Positions 9,426 to 15,938 are shown, numbered from the stretch's first letter. The stretch: 64,000 nt of DNA from an uncultured virus (IMG/VR IMGVR_UViG_3300046050_000015) (IMGVR_UViG_3300046050_000015), one strand, 5' to 3'. The notes: generated by a model from the sequence alone, not told the origin. Numbers and translations are program-made.

Positions 9426-9513
9426 CGCCGCGGACAGGGGTCGAACCTGTAAACCCGTAAGGGCGTCCCGCTTTCAAGGCGGGCACAGTCGCCAGCTATC
9501 TGTTTGCCACGGC
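9426..9513 (-). tRNA. tRNA-Ser(UGA)
   Basis: CCCGC-CT-TGA-AA-GCGGG, long variable arm; atypical C8 and D arm. Confidence 0.85.
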
Positions 9514-9521
9514 AAGATGAG

Positions 9522-9595
9522 TGCATCCCACCGGATTCGAACCGACATCATGTCCGGTCTTCAGCCGGGCGCCTCCCAGGTTGGGCCAGGGATGT
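9522..9595 (-). tRNA. tRNA-Phe(GAA)
   Basis: CCGG-CT-GAA-GA-CCGG; A1-C72 mismatch. Confidence 0.85.
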
Positions 9596-9598
9596 AGA

Positions 9599-9670
9599 AG
9601 CTAGTGCCAGGAATCGAACCCTGGATTACCTCCTTACGAGGGAGGTGTCTTACCGTTGGACCACACCAGC
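9599..9670 (-). tRNA. tRNA-Thr(CGU)
   Basis: CCTCC-CT-CGT-AA-GGAGG. Confidence 0.9.
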
Positions 9671-9671
9671 A

Positions 9672-9743
9672 AGCCACCACCCGGACCTGCACCGGGCTCT
9701 GCTCCATACCAGGGAGCTACATCGCTATCTATGCTTTGGCGGC
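9672..9743 (-). tRNA. tRNA-Thr(GGU), non-canonical T and D loops
   Basis: GCTCC-CT-GGT-AT-GGAGC; T loop TGCAGGT. Confidence 0.8.
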
Positions 9744-9829
9744 AGATAAGGATTGCTGTTTGCCTTTTGTTGGCGGAGCGGTTGTAGGTTCTAAGCTATT
9801 CCAATAGTGCTAGAAGCACTATTAAAGTG

Positions 9830-9899
9830 GGTGAACCTACGGGAGTCTGAAGCCGTGCAGAAGAAATGGGGGCACATAGCTTCAGACATCACATTCACC
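9830..9899 (-). ncRNA. hairpin RNA with pyrimidine-rich loop
   Basis: GGTGAA/TTCACC, GTCTGAAGCT/GGCTTCAGAC, GTGC/GCAC stems; starts about 20-25 nt below a TTTTAAAT box. Confidence 0.45.
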
Positions 9900-9913
9900 G
9901 TATGTTTCTCCAC

Positions 9914-9928
9914 CCATTTAAAAGTTTG
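9914..9928 (-). promoter_or_regulatory. archaeal BRE/TATA promoter inside the tRNA array
   Basis: AAACTTTTAAATG on minus strand. Confidence 0.5.
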
Positions 9929-9963
9929 GTTCAACTCCCCCCCCCCCCACTACAGGGTATGAG

Positions 9964-10054
9964 TGGCTCCGGCAGGATTCGAACCTGCGATAGGGTCGCT
10001 ATGTCCCGAATTTAAACCGGGTGCCTTCGGCCAGACTCGGCTTGCCACGGAGCC
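9964..10054 (-). tRNA. tRNA-Leu(UAA)
   Basis: CCCGG-TT-TAA-AT-TCGGG, long variable arm, 4 extra nt before D stem. Confidence 0.85.
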
Positions 10055-10087
10055 ATAAGTGAAGATAAAAGACAAGGGCAAAAAATG

Positions 10088-10183
10088 TTACGACCCAATG
10101 GCCCACAAGACAAACCATAGGGCAAACGCTAGCGCTCCCATCAAAATGAGGTAACCGAACACGACCTTCAAGAACACTTTCAT
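10088..10183 (-). CDS. 31-aa single-helix membrane peptide (MKVFLKVVFGYLILMGALAFALWFVLWAIGS)
   Basis: hydrophobic ORF read manually between two tRNAs. Confidence 0.45.
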   Translation of the reverse strand: MKVFLKVVFGYLILMGALAFALWFVLWAIGS

Positions 10184-10199
10184 CCTCCTTATGGTCAGT

Positions 10200-10219
10200 C
10201 AACCATAAATTTATGGTTG
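10200..10219. promoter_or_regulatory. perfect 20-bp palindrome, possible operator/promoter
   Basis: CAACCATAAATTTATGGTTG. Confidence 0.45.
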
Positions 10220-10240
10220 GTGAACCTTCGAACAGTAAGG

Positions 10241-10313
10241 GGTCGGGACCGGGATTCGAACCCAGACCAGTGGGGTCACAGTCCACTATGCTAACCATTA
10301 CACCACCCCGAAC
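10241..10313 (-). tRNA. tRNA-His(GUG)
   Basis: GTGG-A-CT-GTG-AC-C-CCAC; encoded G-1 opposite C73. Confidence 0.85.
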
Positions 10314-10323
10314 CAAGGTGAAG

Positions 10324-10397
10324 AGTCCCCGACAGGACTTGAACCCGCAACTTCTTGGTTCGAAGCCAAGCGTCCTATCCGATTAGACCACGGGGAC
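10324..10397 (-). tRNA. tRNA-Arg(UCG)
   Basis: CTTGG-CT-TCG-AA-CCAAG. Confidence 0.9.
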
Positions 10398-10400
10398 GAG

Positions 10401-10484
10401 AGGGCCAGGAGGGATTCGAACCCCCGGGGGATTGCTCCGGCGGGTTAAAAGCCCGCTGCCCTACCGTGCTAGGCACACTGGCCC
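10401..10484 (-). tRNA. tRNA-Lys(UUU) with long variable arm
   Basis: GCGGG-CT-TTT-AA-CCCGC; variable hairpin GGA-GCAA-TCC. Confidence 0.85.
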
Positions 10485-10493
10485 TACCATGGG

Positions 10494-10652
10494 AGCATGA
10501 ATCGTCGATATACCCACTGGAGCTTGGATGGGTCCCCAAGGTACGCCTCTACCCAAGTAATCGCCTGCTCTGGTCCCTCATCGAAACCGATTCGACGAGC
10601 CCGAGCATACACATACCCAAGGTGTATCGGGTAAAATGGAGACGATTCAGCT
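10494..10652 (-). ncRNA. unknown multibranched structured RNA
   Basis: closing stem AGCTGAATCGTC/GACGATTCA(T)GCT; hairpins CTCGTCGAA/TTCGATGAG and ATACAC/GTGTAT. Confidence 0.55.
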
Positions 10653-10682
10653 ACCGGTGGGGTTGGCGGCTTGTCATGCAAG

Positions 10683-10754
10683 TGGGCCTACCCGGAGTCG
10701 AACCGGGCACTGGAGGTTAAGAATCTCCCGTCCTGACCACTAGACCATAGGCCC
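10683..10754 (-). tRNA. tRNA-Lys(CUU)
   Basis: GGAG-A-TT-CTT-AA-C-CTCC. Confidence 0.85.
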
Positions 10755-10757
10755 AAG

Positions 10758-10830
10758 TGGGGGACCTAGGATTTGAACCTAGAGCCACTGCTTCCAAGGC
10801 AGCAATGTTTCCAAGTTACACCAATCCCCC
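10758..10830 (-). tRNA. tRNA-Pro(UGG)
   Basis: GCTGC-CT-TGG-AA-GCAGT; A37. Confidence 0.85.
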
Positions 10831-10859
10831 GGGATGAGATACGGTAATCTAAGAACGTC

Positions 10860-10961
10860 GACGATTCGGTGTCAGCCACAAGAAGAGTTTCGACACCCTA
10901 CGCTGAAGCTTTAGGGTGCGGATGTTTCCGGGGTGGCTGCTTCCGGAACATCTGAATCACC
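10860..10961 (-). ncRNA. unknown RNA with predicted pseudoknot or kissing loop
   Basis: P1 GGTGATTC/GAATCGTC; P2 GATGTTCCGG/CCGGAAACATC with loop CAGCCAC complementary to downstream GTGGCTG; P3 CACCCTA/TAGGGTG. Confidence 0.55.
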
Positions 10962-10971
10962 CTATGTGGTT

Positions 10972-11520
10972 TCAGGTATTTAACTCTTCACCTTCGGCCT
11001 TGTGGAACTTTGGCTCATAAGAATCATATTCTTGTAGTTCCCAAAGGACCTTCGGATAATGACAGTTCACGTACTGTGTCCCGAAATCGATAACCTTACT
11101 CTGGGTACGGATGGTGAACAGAAGGTAGTTCTCGCCTTCCTTTGGTCCCCACACACCATCACCTACCGCCTCCGTCCACTTTTCCTTGTCGGCTTGGATG
11201 AAGGGGGTGTTGGTTTCATAGTCCGCACTTGAGACTTCCTCAACCTCTTCACCAATGGCTTTATAGTTGCTAGGTCTATCATCCACCACTCCGTTGTTGA
11301 CTTCAGCAATGTACCAGTTATCGTTCCAAGAGTACTCATACGTCTTACTCTTAATAACAATATGACATTCGTTATTATTCCTACCTAAGTGAAGAACGGT
11401 GGTCGTTACACGTTGACTGATTCCTCGAAGGAATTCACCTTCCAGGTCGTCAAAGGTCCATCCATGGTCTACGATGGCCCCAAAGTATGGGACATCGGTA
11501 ACCACACTCGAATCGACCAA
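10972..11520 (-). CDS. hypothetical protein inside the tRNA array
   Basis: 182-aa acidic ORF; start uncertain (poly-G run just upstream). Confidence 0.55.
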   Translation of the reverse strand: MVDSSVVTDVPYFGAIVDHGWTFDDLEGEFLRGISQRVTTTVLHLGRNNNECHIVIKSKTYEYSWNDNWYIAEVNNGVVDDRPSNYKAIGEEVEEVSSADYETNTPFIQADKEKWTEAVGDGVWGPKEGENYLLFTIRTQSKVIDFGTQYVNCHYPKVLWELQEYDSYEPKFHKAEGEELNT

Positions 11521-11583
11521 CCTACTGTATGCGCGGGGGGGGGGGTATAGCGGTTAGATGAAAGACAGAATTCGGTTGTTAAG

Positions 11584-11673
11584 AGCTTGGAGGGAGATTT
11601 GACCTCCCATTNNNNNNNNNNCCCATTCTTCCGGTTACAAACCGGCTGCCTTATCCAGTTTAGCCATCCAAGC
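11584..11673 (-). tRNA. tRNA-Thr(UGU), interrupted by assembly gap
   Basis: CCGG-TT-TGT-AA-CCGG; AATGGG repeated either side of N run; T loop GTCAAAT. Confidence 0.75.
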
Positions 11674-11706
11674 AATCTTCACATCTACCATCTAAGATAC
11701 CCGAAA

Positions 11707-11811
11707 TAGCCCCGGCAGGATTCGAACCTGCGTTGGGCGATATCTTCAGCCCACAGGGAATGCCTGGAAGCTTCCAAAGTCGCCCTGGATTGGCCACTAC
11801 CATACGGGGCA
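11707..11811 (-). tRNA. tRNA-Gln(UUG) with 32-nt BHB intron at 37/38
   Basis: GGCGA-CT-TTG-G[AAGCTTCCAGGCATTCCCTGTGGGCTGAAGAT]A-TCGCC; central helix CTTT/GAAG flanked by two 3-nt bulges. Confidence 0.85.
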
Positions 11812-11812
11812 G

Positions 11813-11887
11813 TTGGACCACCCGGATTCGAACCGGGGTTGAACCGATGTAAGCGGCACGTGATAAGCCAGGCTACACTATGGTCCA
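11813..11887 (-). tRNA. tRNA-Val(UAC)
   Basis: GCCG-CT-TAC-AT-CGGT. Confidence 0.85.
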
Positions 11888-11888
11888 A

Positions 11889-11977
11889 TGGTACCGGCTG
11901 GATTCGAACCAGCGATGAGGTCTCTATGTCCAGGGTCTCGACCTGGTGGGTTCGACCAGACTCCCCGCCACGGTACC
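11889..11977 (-). tRNA. tRNA-Leu(GAG)
   Basis: CCAGG-TC-GAG-AC-CCTGG; C33, A37; long variable arm. Confidence 0.85.
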
Positions 11978-12018
11978 AAGATGAAGCAGATGAAGCACAT
12001 GACATATAGCCATAATGC

Positions 12019-12031
12019 TACTTAAGGTTTT
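12019..12031 (-). promoter_or_regulatory. archaeal BRE/TATA promoter
   Basis: AAAACCTTAAGTA on minus strand; variants recur upstream of many genes. Confidence 0.55.
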
Positions 12032-12084
12032 ATGTAGAGATTTCACCGATATCGTTTAGTTGGGCCCCAATGCCAGGGGTCCAA

Positions 12085-12158
12085 AGGGACGCATGGAACT
12101 CGAATCCATCTACCAAGACTTTGGAGGTCTGGCGGATGCCATACTACCTTAGCGTCCC
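12085..12158 (-). tRNA. tRNA-Trp(CCA), intronless
   Basis: AGAC-CT-CCA-AA-GTCT. Confidence 0.8.
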
Positions 12159-12162
12159 AGAG

Positions 12163-12233
12163 TTTACCCGACCCGATTCGAACGGATATACCGAGGTTTA
12201 CAGCCTCGGCGGTTCACATTACCTCACGGGTAG
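12163..12233 (-). tRNA. tRNA-Tyr(GUA), short variable loop
   Basis: CGAGG-CT-GTA-AA-CCTCG; C1-A72 mismatch, D loop lacks GG. Confidence 0.75.
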
Positions 12234-12235
12234 AG

Positions 12236-12310
12236 TGGAGTTGACCGAACTTGAACCGGTGGCCGTGTCCTTGCAAGGGACCTGTTCTGGCCAATTGGAA
12301 CTACGACCCC
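12236..12310 (-). tRNA. tRNA-Ala(UGC)
   Basis: GTCC-CT-TGC-AA-GGAC; G3-U70 present. Confidence 0.85.
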
Positions 12311-12312
12311 AG

Positions 12313-12383
12313 TGCGTCGAGTCGGATTTGAACCGACGGCGTCAGCTTGGAAGGCTGACATGTTGCCCCTACACCATCGACGC
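12313..12383 (-). tRNA. tRNA-Gly(UCC)
   Basis: TCAGC-CT-TCC-AA-GCTGA. Confidence 0.9.
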
Positions 12384-12388
12384 ATGAG

Positions 12389-12478
12389 TTGTGGGCCCTG
12401 GACTTGAACCAGGAGTTCCCCAGGTTATGAGCCTGGTGCCTTATTCCATGTCTCTCGACATTATTTGGCCAGCCCACA
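12389..12478 (-). tRNA. tRNA with CAU anticodon (Met or Ile2), hairpin inserted in D loop
   Basis: CCAGG-CT-CAT-AA-CCTGG; D loop contains ATGTC-GAGA-GACAT. Confidence 0.8.
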
Positions 12479-12481
12479 AAA

Positions 12482-12555
12482 TCGCGGCCAGTGGATTTGA
12501 ACCACCAGTTGGGGCTTATGAAACCCCCGCCCTCTCCAGGTTAGACCAAGCCGCG
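12482..12555 (-). tRNA. tRNA with CAU anticodon (Met or Ile2)
   Basis: GGGGT-TT-CAT-AA-GCCCC. Confidence 0.85.
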
Positions 12556-12586
12556 AATCGGATTGTAAATATTTGTGATTTGGTTA

Positions 12587-12661
12587 GCGCCGCCCGCAGG
12601 ACTTGCACCCGCAGCGTCCGGTAGACAGCCGAACATGTTTCTAACTTACACCAGGAGCGGC
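12587..12661 (-). tRNA. tRNA-Asp(GUC), atypical
   Basis: TTCGG-CT-GTC-TA-CCGGA; U37; T loop TGCAAGT; bulged acceptor stem. Confidence 0.75.
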
Positions 12662-12698
12662 AAGTGCGGGTCGCTACCTTCCCAGGTCGTGCCCGCGA

Positions 12699-12773
12699 AG
12701 GTGCTGGCAGGATTTGAACCCGCGTATCCGGGGCGAAAACCCAGAATGATTGGCCGGACTACACTACAGCACC
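12699..12773 (-). tRNA. tRNA-Glu(UUC)
   Basis: CTGGG-TT-TTC-GC-CCCGG. Confidence 0.85.
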
Positions 12774-12775
12774 AG

Positions 12776-12852
12776 TGGACCCCCACAGATTTGAACTGTG
12801 AGCCTTCCCCAAGCCAAGAGGGCGTCTTCAACCTGGTTTGGACCAGGGGCCC
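12776..12852 (-). tRNA. tRNA-Ala(GGC)
   Basis: CCTC-TT-GGC-TT-GGGG; G3-U70; U37. Confidence 0.8.
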
Positions 12853-12877
12853 ATAGATGGAGGGCGTTTAACCTCCG

Positions 12878-13173
12878 CCCCACAGGAGGACCCTTAGCAC
12901 TCCACACCAATGGTGTTTCAACGTACCTGTTTCGGGTTTCCCAGGCCAGCTAGCCCTACCCGACACGGTTATCCCGTGCCGAATGGGCGACGAAGTGCTA
13001 GTTCACACAACCCACCGTTCCCGGGGTCAAGGGTACCGTGCCAATCGTGGTGGACAGGCCGTCCGGGAGCCATCCCGGTAAAGGGTTGCTTCACCTGGGC
13101 GTGCAGGCCGCCGAAGAGCATGGGTGGGCTATCTTCGGTCTGGTTAACGTGTTCCCAAACCGCACCTGCGGAG
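12878..13173 (-). ncRNA. large (about 296 nt) structured RNA of unknown class
   Basis: terminal stem CTCCGCAGG/CCTGTGGGG; internal stems TAGCACTTC/GGAGTGCTA, TTCGGCACGG/CCGTGTCGGG, CCGAAGA/TCTTCGG, CCGGGA/TCCCGG; fills the gap between two tRNAs. Confidence 0.65.
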
Positions 13174-13262
13174 TGGATGCGGGTGGATTTGAACCACCGA
13201 TAGGGTCGCTATGTACGGGTTCTAAGCCCGTTGGGTTCGACCAGACTCCCCGCCACGCATCC
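13174..13262 (-). tRNA. tRNA-Leu(UAG)
   Basis: ACGGG-CT-TAG-AA-CCCGT; long variable arm. Confidence 0.9.
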
Positions 13263-13263
13263 A

Positions 13264-13296
13264 TGGTGGGACGAGACATGTATGTAGTTCGTCCCA
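13264..13296 (-). ncRNA. minihelix-like hairpin ending in CCA
   Basis: TGGGACGA-14nt-TCGTCCCA-CCA directly upstream of first tRNA. Confidence 0.35.
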
Positions 13297-13311
13297 TAAG
13301 TATGTTTGGTT

Positions 13312-14754
13312 TTAGTCAGCCTTCAGGTTGAGAATGGGGTCAACTCGGTCGACAATCTCCACCGTGGGACCGATAGCTTCCTCGATAAGGCCGGGGTCTT
13401 TGTAGGCCCCGGGAATTTCATCGATGGGCGCCTTCGAGGTGTAGACTCCTTCGGTCTGTTTGTCGAAGTCGTCCTCATCGAATCGGCGCTCGGCATCCCG
13501 ACGGCCCATGGCTCGACCCGCACCGTGTGGGGCGCTGTTGTTCCAACTCGGGTCACCCTTACCGCGACAAATGAGAGTCCCATACTCGATGTTGAACGGG
13601 ATGATGACAAACTTATCTTGGTGGGCCCGACAAGCACCCTTCCGAATCGTGGAGTCGTCGAAGTCAATATAGTTGTGGACCGACGATACCGCGTCGTTGA
13701 TGTAATCGAACGATTCTCCAAGTGCCGTTGCTACGCCTTCAGCCATGATACGACGATTTTCCTCGGCGTAGGTTTGGGCGAAAATCATGTCACGGATGTA
13801 CCCGTGCGTCTCTTCACCCTCCAAGTAGTCCAGGTCCTCGTTACGGTTAGTGCTCTGGAGTTGGTGGACGATTGTCTTGAGTTCTTCGCGAATCTCACCG
13901 ATGCGCTCTGGTTCGGTCTCTCGATAGTCGGCCTTGAGGGCTTCGTAGTTGACGAAATCTTCACCCATGGAACCGTGAATCCAATCCAGAATCTCGTGGT
14001 TGGGTGTAGAGTAGGGGTTGAATTTCACGTAATCGTCGTATCCTTCCTCCACGATGTCGTCGAGCCAGTGATTCATCGTGTCGAAGTTGCGTAGTTCTGT
14101 GGCGCGGTCCATCCAGTATTCGGCGATGCTGAGGCCAAGGCCGCGGCTACCGGAGTGAATGATGCACCATAGGTCTCCGCTCTTCTCACCTTTTCCAAGC
14201 TCGATGAAATGATTGCCCCCACCAAGCGTGCCGACGCTTTGGGCAGCTCGGCTGGGGTCGTAGCCTACGCGGTCGAGGAGTTCGTCGTAGTAGTCTGGCC
14301 CGTAATCGGTCTCGACATGGAAGTCGTTGTGCTTGCTCTCGTTGAAACGCTCAAGCTTGTGTTGACAGAGGCTATAGGGAAAGTCGTTGTGCATGTGGTA
14401 CACGGCGTCGCCATGGACATCGAATCCCATGGGCACCTCTTCACGGATGCGCTGGTCAAGTTCTTCCACGTTGCCGAGTCTAGTTCGGCGGAAATTGGCC
14501 GCCAGCATGCCGCACCCAATATCTACCCCCACCGTTCCGGGGACAATGCGGTTACCGAGAGGTTTAGTGAACCCAATAACGGCCCCGGCTCCCCAATGTG
14601 CGTCAGGCATAATGGTAATGTCGTCGTCACCAACGAACGCTTCGTGGTTTACCATTTCCTGAATCTGTTCCATGGCCTCACCTTCGATTTCTTCCACCTT
14701 TACATCCGCGGTATTGTATTTTCCTTCAACAATCATTGGCCCAGTCCAACCCAT
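13312..14754 (-). CDS. rtcB: RtcB RNA ligase (tRNA splicing/repair)
   Basis: MPDAHWG, VGVDIGCG, GTLGGGNHFIE, IHSGSRG, HNY, SAPHGAGR, DEIPGAYK; start may be 14736. Confidence 0.95.
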   Translation of the reverse strand: MGWTGPMIVEGKYNTADVKVEEIEGEAMEQIQEMVNHEAFVGDDDITIMPDAHWGAGAVIGFTKPLGNRIVPGTVGVDIGCGMLAANFRRTRLGNVEELDQRIREEVPMGFDVHGDAVYHMHNDFPYSLCQHKLERFNESKHNDFHVETDYGPDYYDELLDRVGYDPSRAAQSVGTLGGGNHFIELGKGEKSGDLWCIIHSGSRGLGLSIAEYWMDRATELRNFDTMNHWLDDIVEEGYDDYVKFNPYSTPNHEILDWIHGSMGEDFVNYEALKADYRETEPERIGEIREELKTIVHQLQSTNRNEDLDYLEGEETHGYIRDMIFAQTYAEENRRIMAEGVATALGESFDYINDAVSSVHNYIDFDDSTIRKGACRAHQDKFVIIPFNIEYGTLICRGKGDPSWNNSAPHGAGRAMGRRDAERRFDEDDFDKQTEGVYTSKAPIDEIPGAYKDPGLIEEAIGPTVEIVDRVDPILNLKAD

Positions 14755-14793
14755 CTACGGGACAATGAGACTAGTCTCATAAATAGATTGGGG

Positions 14794-15447
14794 TCACAAG
14801 CTTAGTTCGTCCTTGGGGATATATTCTCGGTCCCAGGACTGGTCACTTGTGTCGAACCGAACGTACTGGTAGGGGTCGTCCCACATTTCGTCCATTGGTG
14901 GCAAGCTAATGATGTGGGTTCCATTGATGTACCTCTGGTCCGGCTCGTGGATATGTCCATGGACGTAAAGGTCGGGGTCTACCATGTCGGCGACTTGACA
15001 GAAGTAATCTTCACCAGCCTTCTCATACCACGGCTTGTCGTGGGTGATGAGGACATCGGAACCGTAGAGACACTTGATTAACTCCTCGTCCTCTTCGGTC
15101 CACATGCGGCGGTCCTCACCGAGGTAATAGAAGTTCTGCAATGCCCATTCGCATTTCTCGATGCCACCAAGGAACCCAAACTCTACACCACCGAAGGTAA
15201 TTTTCTTGTAGTCGTCCACGAACCGTTTCGTGTAGGGCATCTGGTAGTCGTTGTTTCTCCACCCGTTGAGCTTACCGAAGTGCTCGTGGTTTCCACGGAT
15301 AAAGAACATGGGTGTAGATGTGGATTCCTGGTAGGCGTAGTGGTCCCCTGCCTGTAGGAGGATGTCTAATCCTTCTTGTTCGGCTAGGATGTCAGCTTTG
15401 CGGATACCCTTGCGTCCGTGTACGTCACCGACAATGCCGATAATCAT
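14794..15447 (-). CDS. calcineurin-like metallophosphoesterase
   Basis: GDVHG, AGD, RGNHE, ITHD, HGHIH. Confidence 0.9.
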   Translation of the reverse strand: MIIGIVGDVHGRKGIRKADILAEQEGLDILLQAGDHYAYQESTSTPMFFIRGNHEHFGKLNGWRNNDYQMPYTKRFVDDYKKITFGGVEFGFLGGIEKCEWALQNFYYLGEDRRMWTEEDEELIKCLYGSDVLITHDKPWYEKAGEDYFCQVADMVDPDLYVHGHIHEPDQRYINGTHIISLPPMDEMWDDPYQYVRFDTSDQSWDREYIPKDELSL

Positions 15448-15837
15448 TTAGGGTCGGACGACCTTGGGTGGTAACTTTGAACCATTTTCGATATCGACCT
15501 CTACCTTACTCTCAACGTAGTTGAGGGCTTCGGAAAGCTTACCCCAGGCATCTTCAATTCGTTCAGCATCGTTTAGGGTGATAATTCCTTCGGCGTAATC
15601 AGAGGCTTGTTCTGGGCTGAGGTCCTGGTTAGCCTTAAGTAGGGCTGCTTGGAGTTGCTTCTCTGTTGGGAAGTTCATTTGGCCGGACCCTTTAATATTG
15701 TTGTCGATGTGTCGGGAAGTGAAGTCCATGTAGAGGCATAGCGCCCCACCGACACAGTAGCCGTTGGAAGTGTCGTCTTCACTCACTGGCTCTGGGTATT
15801 GCGAGCGAACATCGTTCACATGAATCATCCCTGTCAC
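15448..15837 (-). CDS. hypothetical protein
   Basis: abuts phosphoesterase gene; YCVGGALC motif. Confidence 0.6.
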   Translation of the reverse strand: MTGMIHVNDVRSQYPEPVSEDDTSNGYCVGGALCLYMDFTSRHIDNNIKGSGQMNFPTEKQLQAALLKANQDLSPEQASDYAEGIITLNDAERIEDAWGKLSEALNYVESKVEVDIENGSKLPPKVVRP

Positions 15838-15938
15838 CTGGGATTGAGACGATATACCAAGGTTGGACTAAAAAGCCGAAACCTTGCCGTCGTACATAGT
15901 ATGGCTCCCGGCCAGTTAAGTGTTGCCCTGTTGATGTA

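Noticed and set aside
9426..9513. selenocysteine or opal suppressor tRNA
   Set aside because: anticodon is UGA (reads UCA, Ser), not UCA; 7-bp acceptor and G73 fit Ser
10484..10681. 65-aa ORF between tRNA-Lys genes
   Set aside because: TTG start, non-acidic, region better explained by base-pairing; not fully excluded
11584..11673. intron or insertion in tRNA-Thr(UGU)
   Set aside because: extra length is an N gap with AATGGG duplicated either side, an assembly artefact
12878..13173. RNase P RNA, SRP RNA or tmRNA
   Set aside because: no GAGGAAAGUCC P4 motif, no SRP helix-8 motif, no tRNA-like TTCRA/CCA end; left unclassified
9999..13331. ORF-track proteins overlapping tRNAs (e.g. 9999-10316, 11685-12005, 12070-12387)
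   Set aside because: translations of tRNA genes (GSNP, RFES patterns), not halophile-like proteins
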